From Tubulanus polymorphus (Eukaryota > Animalia > Nemertea), in contig NC_134026.1 of assembly GCF_964204645.1 (NCBI RefSeq), forward strand, positions 28,678,150-28,742,149: DNA of 64,000 nucleotides, given 5' to 3'. The first letter of the stretch is position 1, and every line of letters starts with the position of its first letter. The notes under the pieces are model-generated. The model was given only the letters and a program-made list of their open reading frames with translations, was not told the origin of the DNA and made no database searches. The position numbers were made by a program, and so were the translations under genes. Positions 15,880 through 29,200 of the stretch are shown here, piece by piece.

Positions 15880-15926
<47 letters not shown>
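15880..15926. repeat. (TA)n microsatellite
   Basis: About 23 TA units; a shorter one lies at 4171-4192. Confidence 0.95.
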
Positions 15927-15927
<1 letters not shown>

Positions 15928-18015
15928 CTTTGCAATGAAGTATAACGTGTCACATATTGTCTAACAGTGGTAACAGATGATAACTGATAACTACTGCTGC
16001 AACAGACTTCAGTCAATCAATCACGACAAAATCCTATCATCAGTTGTCTCTGTTCGTGCCTGATTTTCATTTCGGCCGATTGTTAATCCGTTATGGAAGA
16101 TATCGCGATAATCATGTCGAGATATCACTTGATTCTCGTGGATCCCGTGTGTCGGACTGACCGGTATAATGCCGCTATCCAAACGCAAAAAAGGGGCGCG
16201 CGCGAGGATTTTTTTCTTACTCGTCCGTGACACAAGTTTGTGTTTCATCAATAATGCGACAGAAAGCAATTAGTTTGTGTTTGTAGTCATGGGACGCATA
16301 ATGCAAGGGATGAACACATTAACAAATTGACAATCAATCGTAGATTGACAATCCATTGTAGATCGTCAAACTTTTTATGTTGAATTAGTAAAAATGAGGG
16401 GAAGGAAACTCGTCGAATTGATCTGAATAATTAAGGGAAATGTGTGACGCCTGAATATAGAACGGAATCCATGAATTATAAATCGTTCGTGAAATAGACC
16501 AGTTGCGGCTTTAGCGTCACCTTGGACACAGGGCAATGTTCCTGTCATCTCGATAATTATAATAGATAATTGATACATATCCCTGTCATATTCAGACAGT
16601 GGCGACACCTTAAATTGACGTGATGATGCTTTATTTCATAGTTTAAAAGGTCAGATTTACACTATAGATGACCTGTAGTCGGTTCGTGCGTGATAATAGC
16701 GTTAACTCGAGTGGTTGCGGGGGTTGCCTCGGTTAAAGCCTCCGATGATCTGAAGATATTGTTAGCCAGCAGCTGATCTAGTTGATCGATGCATTATTAC
16801 AAAATGTCGTTTTTCGTCTTTTTGTCGCGATAAGCGCTAAAACATAGAAAACACATTACACCGTTAGTGAACAGTAATCAAAGGCCAATAAGCCATCACG
16901 CCACTAGTCGGGCAGTGAAACTGAAGACACTGCTCTCGCTTGAAGATATTTTCTGAAGGTGTGTATACAGGCTGTCTTGGGAAAAAATGTAATAACATAT
17001 TTCTAACGATGGAGGAAACTGATAAGTAGTGTAATTGTGGCCTTTTAAACGAGTCAGGTCAGTGTGATCACGGAGCATCTCTCTGGTATCACAAAACATA
17101 TCCACTTCAATCTATTACAGAATAACAAGATTTGTAATGCTGATTTTGTCATCAAAACTCAAATTCTAAAAACAATGTTTATCAATTAGATTACTCATTA
17201 GCTTCCTCTGTGGTTTGAAATATGCTATTGCATTTTTTCCGAGGACATCTCGTATTTCAAAATGTTGCCTGGTTCGAGTCCGGTTTCTGAAAGGTTTTCC
17301 ATGAGGCTCTTAATCGGGTGTACCTCTTAATCAATATATAGCGATAGCAAATTAACCGATTTTAAAGGCAATATGTTCCAATTGTCCACTTAAAAGTGAA
17401 TAAACATAGTGAAGTGAATGTGTGAGTGTCAATACATGCACAGTGAACTACAGTCTAATCTGAAAAGTCTCCTATACATGTGAATTTTCTCTCAACTACG
17501 CTTCGCATTAAATTAAATGCAACTATTGATGGCCGTGTTGACATGGCTCGCAAAATCTACATTTACCTCGGCAAATAAACGTTCCCCATTACCTAAAGTC
17601 CAGTAGCGCTGTTTCATTTACACAGTACCGCATTACAAATTAAACGGCGAACAAAACCATGAAAAATCAACAGAACGCCGATTTTGTGTACATTATAAAT
17701 CTATGGGTCTAAACATTAGACGATTGTCAACATGATCGTTAGCGGCCGGTTTACTGACAACCCCAGCATTTCATCCAATTATCATCCGGAATAAAGTTAA
17801 ACAGTCCATTTATGAATTTCCTCACCGGCACGCTATTGACCAATATTTGGGTCGTTATGGCAACGCGATGTACCTGAGCGACTGACGGGCGTTTGAAACA
17901 ATGGGTCGGTATTGAATCGAGTCGTCGACAGCCGAAGTTGAAACTATCATCGACTTCATTAGTTATTAGTCAGGCATAGCGTTGATAACTCAATCAGGTG
18001 TATTTAGCTGCATGC

Positions 18016-18048
18016 ATGTTTTTTCAAGGGAATCAATACTTTATGAAG
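18016..18048 (+). CDS. Candidate alternative first coding exon of PTBP (MFFQGNQYFMK)
   Basis: ATG, 11 open codons and a perfect AAG|GTAAGT donor in phase 0; splicing gives K|RGSEELL, like vertebrate K|RGSDELF. Confidence 0.55.
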
Positions 18049-19270
18049 GTAAGTTTCATACATGAATGACATTCTCATCTCCTTTTGTCTTTATGCATTC
18101 TCCTAGTTTAACAGGGACCTCCCGGCCACTAAGTATACAGCTGTTGACTTGCTGGGGGTCTTCAATGGTATCAGAATCTCGGGTGAGAATGTATGTTTTC
18201 CGTGTATTATTTATATCATATTTGCGCGATGAAAATTCATTCTTTTCTGACAACCGCAGCTTCATTCTTTTCTGCGTAGGCCGTAATAAAAAATAACGGA
18301 AAAAACTACTTCTACGCAAAACGTTGAGATCAGATATTTTTTCTGTGTCAATTTCGTAAATGTCATTCATTTACGTTTAAGAAGTGAGCATTTACAGAAG
18401 TCAATCGGAGTTGGTTCTCTGTGAACATGTAAGTCAGACCGATGATGAAAGTGACTTTATTTTGTATTCAAACAGTATCAGTAACCGCTGTATTACTACG
18501 GGAAGACCCGCAGGGCACCATTATCTTCACTACGGGTTCACCTTTGTGAGACAACCGTAGCTGTAGGCTAATGTCCAAAGTAAATAGGGAAGTATTTATT
18601 AGATTGCGGCGTCTCTCGCTGCAGCGTTAACTCATCTGACTTATCCTTTCCAATGATTCTCATTAAAATACAACCTGTCTAGACCATTTTAATAACCCAA
18701 CTCTATTATAATTCCATGGGATGATAAACTGGTTTTTTTTTTCAAAGCTTAGTGATGAAAATAGTCTACAATTATTCCTCCTCGTAGCATGAATGGTTTG
18801 TTCATTTAATATAATAATAAGCGCACGTTTTTTCATATATCAGATGCTTCCATCGCCTATTACATCGTTATATCATGATGCATCGATGGCTCAAAATCGA
18901 TAACTCTCAAGTAGAACCACTTATTTCTATTGTCTTCATGCGATACAGGTGAAAATGTGTTGTATCGATTAGTCAGGATTTTAATGACACTTTCTGAAAG
19001 GTTTTACAGCAGAATTTCAGCTGCCATATCCTCTTATTGCGACACATTCGATAGTCGCTCCTCGCAGAGTATCATCTATCACTAGAACCCTTATCATGCA
19101 CCTGAGATACAGTACTGAATGTCCCAACTCTGAATGGCTTTCTCAGCTCTAGCCGCGTTCAAGCTATCACTATAGTGAGTCCATTCTAATTTGGCCCCCC
19201 GTAGCTGGAATGGACCAAATCAATGCTGTTCGCAGACATTTCTGAATCAGGTGTTATCACTGACCGGTCC

Positions 19271-19323
19271 GATAACCAGTCCAGCCAGATAACCAGTCCA
19301 GCCAGTTGACCGGTCCAGCCAGA
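19271..19323 (+). repeat. 17-bp tandem repeat, about 3 copies
   Basis: ATAACCAGTCCAGCCAG twice plus the variant TTGACCGGTCCAGCCAG. Confidence 0.85.
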
Positions 19324-22300
19324 TGCATGACTAACTTTGTTCACACGTACAGAAATTTGGAACGGACCTGGATCTGTCTTTTTAGTCGGTCTTTAGTCAG
19401 TCTTTCCATTCTAAAGTTCAAATTTAAAACGGACTAAATAACATAGTGTGTCTGTGAATTCGACTTAGAGCTCTTACCCCGAGCTGCTATGGTTCGGAAC
19501 GTCCCAACTCAGTCAGTTTTCTGAGCTATATTTTGAATTCGATACGGCCACTAAATTGATGGCCAGTGGTCACTAATGCATTTGACTGGTAAAACCATCG
19601 CGTATATAGATTAGCGAGATTAATATGATAGATCGGTGCAATCGTAGCCCTTTATTCATATATTAGTGGCACGATTTATTCCCGTGGGTTCAAATCTGCA
19701 ATTCACTCAGGGATTGATTCCATCCATTAAGGACTCTGGCAAACATTCGGCTAAAAGCAGTAATGAAGCCGCTAGATGGGTCTTTATCAGATTACTCCCT
19801 GTACCCATCGGTCTATAGGGGTTTAGTGATGATTCGTGGCACGTCACTGAATTTACTGCATCTGGAAAATGTATTCGAAATGCATTTTTCTGCCGCTGCT
19901 GCGATCTGCGATCTGCAATCCGAATTTCATTTTCGATGCAACGGATGAACGGTTCATTTGTGGACAGTTTATGAATCAATTATGATTGTCGCGTAAACGT
20001 CGGTTTCGATCTCTCGGGAAATTTCGATATGAACGAAACCGGGGACAATATCTCGAATCCAGGGACGCGGTTTGAGCAATTAAAATTTCATACGAAATAC
20101 GATACATATATTAATCATTTTGCGGAGTAATATCGGATGTATTCGTCGTATTAGAACCAATTTCGCGGCTCATCCTTCATTTAGTTGTCGCCCGTTACCA
20201 TTCAAATTGAAATGTTGTCGGGATGCGTTTAGCTTCAGCTTCGACTTGATAATTTCGCCGAGGAGAGAAATAAAGCGAACTGCGAAAGCGATGTCGATGA
20301 CGAACGAAATGTTAGAGGTATGAAGCAGACCTGACTATGTCTCATTAATTACACAGTTGTATCTACTCGACTCTTTAAGAAGCTCAAATTCTCCCAAAAC
20401 TATCGAAATACTCACAAAATCAGAATTCATTCTCGATTAAACTACTATCTTTCGTGTTGAATTACTTTCATTTTTGGGGAAAAATCCTACAATTAGAGAT
20501 ATCAGTTCATCCGATCTGTTGAAGGCTGTATAGATAGAATCTGATAGTGGACCTGTTTAAAATAGAGCGTCGAGTAAGTTGTAGACAGAGTCTAGTCTTT
20601 AGTTTAGTATGCTTTTAGCTAACTTGGTTTGTTTGTTAATAGATGGAACCATTTCCTCAAACAGTACGAGTAACTTCCGTTGGCAAATGTGTCGACTACG
20701 ACGACGACGCAGAGGCGCTCTCTCACATTGCTGCTGAAACAAACTCACAGACTTTGATTATTTGAGACTAGCAGAAAATGAAGTTATATCTTGTATTAAT
20801 AATTATCATGTATGCTTTGAAGTCGTCACCGAAAAAAGAACGCCGAGTCGCTCAATTTACATCTTATGATATGAAACATTATACTTTCATTCCCGGGTAT
20901 CATTCTTAGAAATACTCTTTCTAAAGAGATTAGATATTCTCGGCTAGCGTTGTTTTCAATTTCCATGGATGTTTTATAGACTCGGGTTTTCCAAGGTTTC
21001 CCTTTTCGGATGACTCATTCTAGACGCAAACAAGAATGGAAAAAAACGACAACGTTTCCTATGATTTGTTTTTCATTTCTCTATTCGGTTTAGTTAGGCC
21101 TACGTGAATGATACGGACAAATTGAAACCCTACCCGCTCGGCCAGGACTCGCGGGATTACATGAAGAAAAAAAAGCGTTTCAGCATCGTCATAAATTGAA
21201 AGAAAAATCGTGGAATTCGGCCTCTTATTTCACGTATGGCTGGCTGTAGATGCTGTAAGAATGTTGTTAAAGGAACGGGGATGGCATTTTTATGAGTTGT
21301 GATAAAACGCTCTGTTTCCTCTGTTTCCTCAGTTGCTCTCGCTCTTCCCATTTATTCTCATTACGAGTACTGGCCATCTGGAAATTTCATTTATACAGGA
21401 CATAAACCAGTTTGATATGAATGCCTCGGCGTAGTTGGTCTTTTTCACTCGGTTTTAGTTGATATATTTCCTCTCGAGGATTCGCGTGTTTATATCATTC
21501 ACCTTTTGGCAATTACCGCTAATTTGTCAGGTCTTTTTGTGTGAGATTTTATTGTAACCCGTTTCATCCCTGAGGAAATTTCTTTGCGATCTTTTCTTAT
21601 GAGAAGTTAGTTTTTCCAGAAATGATGACAATTCTACCGCTGGCCAAGTGTCACCATGACAACTTTATACATACAAGCAAAAGGGATGAATATTCGGAAC
21701 ATAATTTGGCGATGTTAGTTTTTATCATTATTAAACTGAGGGATCTAATTGCTTGCAGCTATGAGGTATTAAGAATTAAAATCTCTGGATATCAAAATGA
21801 TATTACCTCTAAAGTCTTAATATGTATCATAATAGAATGACGTATCATTTAGTACAAAACTAAAATCATTTATTATTGCACTGGGTAGAATATCTCCCGG
21901 CTGATGAAATTAATTCATTAATTCGATTTTATTATCATCGATCACAAGGTGCCTGGACATCCATGGCATCTGTCCAGGTTATCATAAAATATCATGTAAA
22001 TTTGAAATGAGTCGACAATACAGGTTGCTGGTTCCTCAGTCCAGTAGTGACTTGTCACCTTCGCTCGGTAGAGGCTGATATTACTCTCATGAACTGCGAA
22101 TCCATCACACAATTAAACTGATGAGAATTGACATATGCTCGGTGTACTTCGTAATTGGTAATTTTCTCATATTGGTCGGGTGGTAATATTGACAGGGCTA
22201 ATAAACGAGACATATTGTCCACGTAATCGCAATTGATGAGAATTGACAGTCATCGACAATCGTCCAATATATGACTATTGCATTAATATCTTAATATAAA

Positions 22301-23113
22301 ACCCATCAGACCGCTGTCCATAGTCGTATCATATTCTAACCTGTCCCGGTGTAAGATGGTCTTTCGTTCTTCGGATGCAGCTCCCAGAACTTGTTGAGCC
22401 GTCGTATTTTCGAAAATTCAAAAGCTATTTTCGAACATCCGAGTTATTTTATCTCATTCGCAATGACAGGACACGTTCGCTCAGCCCGTATTGAAAGTCG
22501 TTTCGAGGTCATGTTGATTTTGGATCAAGTGTTTAATCAATACATGGAATTTAGAAAAAATAACACTAAGTCTGGTTTGATATATTGAATTGGTTGTACG
22601 CCTTCGTACAGGTTGATAATGAACGTAGATTTAAAATTTCTGAGATAATGAAAGTTGTAAATAATGAGACCACAGAAGTGAAGAAAACTGATATAAGTTA
22701 CTTAAAGATTGATATACAATCCGATGTCCCCTATTTATCCCCATTCTAGAAGTTTTTCCCTATCATCCCGAATAGCGTCGTACATGTGATGATATGATTT
22801 TTGCTCATACGCTGGACCAAAATCCCATAATTAAACACAACATTTCTCCCTGTGGCGTAATGGACTTAATTATTAAAACGGCAGCTGTTAGTAGTCCTGT
22901 AGTTTGAAGCTACCACCCCTATTGTCCTAGTCTGAACGATTAAGCACAGCTGACAGAGTTGTACAGGGAGTGATAGACGGCCCCGGTGTGTGTCAATCTA
23001 CTATTCTCTCTTCACGTTCTCACTTGTTTCTCTCCTGTTCAAACGTCGGTCGTCGGTAGTCATCCGGTCATCGCTATCAGTCTCGTCACATTTCTACACC
23101 GTAACTATTCTAT

Positions 23114-23134
23114 ATGCTTCTACAAGTTTGTCAG
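23114..23134 (+). CDS. Candidate alternative first coding exon of PTBP (MLLQVCQ)
   Basis: ATG, 7 codons, CAG|GTAAGC donor in phase 0; the pyrimidine-rich leader shares motifs with the leader of the 12519 exon. Confidence 0.55.
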
Positions 23135-23311
23135 GTAAGCAACGTCGTCAAAATCTCTTCAGAACAGATTCCGATTTCAACTTCGATCATTGATTAGTAT
23201 TTTGGCATATATTAAACCTGCGTAGCATTTCTCGCTTCTGAATTTGTTTTCATAATGCTTTTTTCGTGCTGTATGTTAGTATATAGATTGCGGATTAAAG
23301 CATTATACGTG

Positions 23312-23387
23312 ATGAGATATGATCTGATATGATATCTGTTGTGTCACACATGAGATATGATCTGATATGATATCTGTTGTGTCACAC
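23312..23387 (+). repeat. Perfect 38-bp tandem duplication
   Basis: ATGAGATATGATCTGATATGATATCTGTTGTGTCACAC occurs twice. Confidence 0.9.
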
Positions 23388-26280
23388 CTGTGGCCATCTT
23401 ATATTGAATATAACATCCTGAATGCTTTGTAAAAACCATTCGTATATACACGCAGCATTCACTGGTTTCACTTCTATTTGAGATATACATGTAGTATATA
23501 TATGCATGTATGAACGTGTATATTTATAATTCATACATGTAGGTTATTGTGCTCCTATCACCTAGTTTTACTGTTTATTGAGTCATTAATATGATAGGCT
23601 TGGCAAATTTGTTTTTCGAAAAAGTTATTATTACTTTACGAAATCACGCATTATTTTCAAATCACGTTGTTGTTGTACACGGTCTTCGGAGATAAATTCC
23701 TAAGCGTTTAATCACGGCTATTTCATCTTCATAAACAGTCGGTAATCACTAATTCGACCCTCTCTTTGAAGTCGCTCTAAGTTTTTTTTAATTCGTAAAA
23801 TCGGCTTTATTTTTTTCGCCTCTGGCTCGAGGGCGTAGTCAGTTTTCATATGCGACAGATTGTCACCGGATTTCAAATCAATACCAAACACTTGTCACAA
23901 CGTCATTTACAATGTGTGGCCGTTTAGCTTTTCAATTTCTGTTATTGGATTACTTTGGTTACCCACATGCCGCGTCCTGCCTGCAACACATGACAAACAT
24001 GTGCCACGACTCAAAAACATCTCCCTTCATGGTTACGCTCTATTATGCTCTATTCCCAGAAAATTGTCTTCTATATAAATGCGTTGCGTTTTCATCTCAC
24101 GGAATTGAAGATTCTTGTTTTCATGTCGAACGTTATATTATCATGACATTTTTTAGCGTTCCCAAGTGGAAGTAAGGCTCAAAGCTGAGCAGATGTACAG
24201 AAATGATTATTGTGATTATATCGTCCCATACAGAGCAGCTGGATTGTCATAAAATACAATTAGCGACATCATTTATGTCTATATATTCATATGTAAAAAT
24301 ATGTATATGTTTTTATGATGAATGTGTTCTTATTTTCTGGATGCCAAAAGTCAGAGTTTCTACATAGATAGCGGCGGCGATCGTACAAGCTTTTTCGACC
24401 CGGGCCGAATCTAGCACAACCAATAACGTTAGACCAGACCAAATTTCAGCAAGGATCGTCAGTGAACTAACTGGCACAAGCATAGCATCGTTTTGATAGC
24501 AGTTTAGAAATGAGTGATTTACGTGTAAATGCACTCAGATTTGAAACGGGGGTGTGATCCACTTAGGCCAAACGGGCTCCTTGTGATTGCGGGGCTTATG
24601 TTTCATCATGGTTTCATTTGCGAAAACTTCTGCAAAGCAAGGCAAACAAGTGTGATGCATGTCCTTTGAATTGATAGGGTTGGGGGTCGGCTGTTCATCC
24701 AATTTCATAGCCTGTATAGGATCAGTGGGTATTAACAAATATCGTGATATTCCAGTTATAGAGTTCATCTAATGCGTAGAATGAATATTTGCTGAATTCA
24801 AACATAGAAAATATATGAATATGCCAGCTGCTGGCAAAATTATTAGGTGAAATAGCACAACTGACAGCTGTATTTAATTTCGCCAGCGTTGATGTTGCAT
24901 TTTCTATCAGAGCATCGCACGGGTTTCGAACAAAATGTGTCATTATTATCAGTCTTGGAGAGAGAACCGGGTATCGTTTTGAATCTCATCACTAGTATCA
25001 GGCGACATCTTATATTTCTGAAGTTTTACTCAGTTGTTCGGATAATAGTTCGGTGTCCAACGTTCGCTTTAATCTGAAACCGCTTGCAACCGGTCCCATT
25101 ACTGAAAAGCGTTAGGTGATTATTTTTATGGCAATACAACTCCCGGTGTCTTGAAGGTGAAAGATTACTGACAACTTTTCTGATAAAGCCGGCTTCCTTT
25201 GTGAATTGTCCTTTTTATCTGTTCGTAGAAACTGTAACTTCGAGAAAGATAATGTTTCGTGACGTAAAATTTCCTCGTGTCGTCGTCGAATAGACGGGGA
25301 TTGCCGCACCACTAGGGATTATTAGCTATCAACAAGAATACAGCCCAAAAATGGTAGTTGAACAGCGCAGTAGATCATGTTTCAGAAATTTTTTCTTAGA
25401 TATCAGTAATTCGTGATGAATTAAATCGGAAGTACAATAGATGCCGGCGCGCTTTATCTGAACGTCGATTAGCGATGTTTCGCCCAACTTTTAACTTGGT
25501 CGATTTTATGTTTATAAAACGCATTATGTGAACATTATAATAATCCGTATGTTACGTCATGACGATTCTTTCTTCAGACGCGACATCAGTTTCAATCAAG
25601 ATGTAACAACATAGAAAAATGCCGGGAATGTGTGTTATCACCTGAGTAGTTAAATGTGATGTTTGGAAGATGTGTATATCGATAGGACAGGTGATATTTC
25701 ATAATTGTCACTATCACTGCTTATGTGAAATACCATCTGCCCTATACGCAGTATTTATCTAGGCCAAGTATCTGTATATAACAACGTCACACGATCATAA
25801 TGTGATTACAAATATTCATAATTTAATGCTAGGACCAACATCCGATGGGTCTCTTCAGGGCAAAATGAAATTCTACCAGCAGACCAGACCACTGCACTGC
25901 ACTGGTCTGCAGACCACTTTCCAAAATTTCTGATAAAATTGTGACTGAATTACAGAAATCGCCCTGTTTTGATTCTTTCGGCAAAATTGTGCCTGACAGA
26001 AGTCTCTTTGAGGCCCCTGGATCGACTCGTGAAGCGAGGCGTTGAATGTGATACGGGTATTTGTGAGTCAGTCGGGGATCATCAGAACTTTTTTTCAGAA
26101 ATGTGACACAAAACTGACACCATGTATACACACTAGTGTATGTTCCACGCAATGACATTTAAATGATCCGCCACCTCTCTCTCTCCTGGGAAGGCCGCCG
26201 CAAATATGAAATTCTTCGCGAGTATTACTCATAACTAGTTGATGTAATCTTATGATTCGTTATTATTTTGTGTCTTGTAG

Positions 26281-29200
26281 CGTGGTTCTGAAGAGTTACT
26301 TTCTCAAACTGGCATGGTTGCGAATGGCACTATTATGAGTCCTACACAAACCAATATGGCTGATGTTAATGATGCAAAAAAGGTTAGTATTTTTATCTTA
26401 ACGATATCATCACTTCTTCGAGTCGATTCTTTTTTAATTCTCTGCAGTATTCATTGTCACAATCATATCGGAAGTTGAATTCACAAGAAAAAGCAGATTA
26501 CTTGAAAATGAGTCATTTTGTCATGTATTGTATTGATGTTGATTCTATGGATTGTGCTTCAGCTTCCAGCGTGGTTTTAATCTTCAGTTGTGTGCCCAGT
26601 AACTGTAACTGTGTATTGAACGTATGAATAATGCACGGAAACTTTTATGAAATATTAATTGTTTATAAGCCTCAAGTTTGTTGATTATACCGTGTACATG
26701 TATTCCTCAGTATCTGCAGAATGTATGCCTGAGCATGGGCTGGATATGTAAAACATTCTTTTCTTTAGAATATTAAATTCAGACTCGGAATTCAGTTGTC
26801 TACCAGCGTTTAGTTACTGATTGTTAGACTGATGAATATTCTCTGTGAAGTGGGAAGCGACAATCTCAATAATGAAATGAAAATACAATGTGCTTGCGTT
26901 GTTGATAGTCAGTTTACCACTGGAGACGTGCGTTGGGTTTTTATCGACCACTTAAGGAATTTCAGTATTTCGCAGTCGCGAAACAAATGAAAACAACTCT
27001 TCAAAACATGTGTTTTTATGACCAAGCATGCGTGATATCAGTAACATTCAGCCGATCATTGTCATCAGAGCATGAAAACTTCAGATTAAAACGATTACAA
27101 CCTTTTCTATTGGCCTCATTAAATAGAATGGTTCGTAATTTACATCGTTTGATCCTGAATTTGAAACGAGCACTTCGGCTAGTAGCGTAACAATAAGTAT
27201 AGTTATATAAGTTAATCGAAGCTTGAAATGATCGTCTTTTCTCGAATCAAAAAAGGAATCCCTCGTGGCAAGTAGAGTTGTCATATAAATTTCGGGAAGT
27301 TTCTTGCATAGATATATCCCCGTGCAGACATTTTTGATATTGAAACGATACTTCAAAATTTATTACAAATACATACACTTTATATGGGAAATGAGTTTGA
27401 ACATGTAATGAGTAGCGACTTACACGAAAGGTACGCCGTTACTTCATGAGAACACTTCGCCCTATCGGTTTATTGCCTTGCACTGTCAACTCGTGTTACT
27501 AAAATATTCATAAAAGTGTCCAAATGACTTCATTGCCAATGATACAATATCCTATTGGTGAAGAGTTAATATCCTCTACGTTCGGCATTAGTCTAGAGAG
27601 CACGCCTGACAAAGAGAAATTATACCTGTCACAAATCATCATTTAACTTTGATGCGATCTCATCAGTAAGACAATTAATAAGCCACAAGTCATTGTCGAC
27701 AATGATGAGAAACCACTAAATGCCTGCCATTAGCATCTCATTATTCACCTGAAGCTAAAAAATCCAATCATTCATTCCTGTAATGAAGATACAATAGTGT
27801 CGCGTTTAATGATGGGTGATACAGTTAATGATTCAGTGACACTACAGAAATCAGAAACGGTGTCACGATGAATCGCTCTGTTCTCTGATGTCAATCGAAA
27901 TAGACACATGGTAGAGGTTGTTTCAGAAAGAGTTACTAAAGCTGAAGATGAAAGTTTTTAGATATTAGTTCGAAGTAAGCTTCAGCTATCTATTTTACAT
28001 CTCCTGTTACATATTTTTGATATTATACCTTATTCTCAGAGGTATATGACAATGTTTTTGGAAACGAAACAACTATGAATACAAGTTGTTGCTTCTGACT
28101 GATGTTGATCATGGACAATTTTAACATAGATGCAATTTAGTTTTGTGGTTGTTATATTGCTCCCTGGCGAATTCTGAATTGCTGTGATCTAAGTTTAAAT
28201 TGCTGCAATTAGCACCATCTGATATTGCTTGTGCATCATTGTAATGCAATTTGCTAAAAACCTATAAAGTAATTAGCCAAACTTGAGTGCATTCAGCTAC
28301 ATTTATGGTAGATCCCTACTGACTTGGCTTAAATGTAATGGCAATGTGAGCTAGCATATCCTTTTAGGCGCTCCCATAACTATAATGCAAAATTTGTAAT
28401 ATCTTGATAGATTTGACCTTTTCTCTCCTGTAACAAAATTTGTTCCCCAAATGATGAAGAATATTATGTATGTGTTTTGTAGGTTAAGTTAGACCAGTCC
28501 CAGGCGGGTCCGTCTAAAGTGCTTCATGTGCGAAATGTACCACAGGATGCTACAGTAGCGGATATCGTCATGCTCGGAGTCCCGTTCGGAAAGGTTACGA
28601 ATTACGTCCTTCTTACGAAGAAAGCCCAGGTACGTTCTATGACGATACGTATTAACGTTTAGCTTAATACGGATTAATGTAAAAATGAATGAATTAATCA
28701 ATGTCCGATGTCTCCTGTAAGCAATAACCGAGTAACTGCTAGATAATGGATTTCGTGAATCTCGTTTTACTGATTCCGTAGATATTATCAACTATTCACT
28801 TAGAACTGAAACATCCGGAAAATATAATTCGATGACATTAAATTTGCACGTGTGAAGAAATTTATGGTTTCCGCGATATTAGCAGTCGGCTATAATGAGA
28901 TTTTCAATTTTGATGAATGGCGATGATAATCTATCATATGAATGGTAAATGTAGTCATCTCAGTACTGAAGGTCATTAAAGCTTGTAAAAGGGAGGGGGG
29001 GTTTCAAGAGATTTATCATGATTTGTACCTGGGGTAGTTTCAGTTTCCCGTCTCGAGTGTGAGTGTCTATGAAGTGGATATTACTGGAAGTTGAGCGCGT
29101 ATGAAAATGACCCATGTGCGCCTTCAACTTCATGGTGTAATGATGTATCTTTCGAATTCGATCTGTTTTTCAGGCTTTGGTGGAAATGGAAGATGTACAG

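Noticed and set aside
27-26158. The many 60-140 aa ORFs of the ORF track in the 5' region (e.g. 9257-9670, 18056-18370)
   Set aside because: No recognisable domains or consistent exon chain; compatible with chance ORFs in PTBP upstream/intronic DNA.
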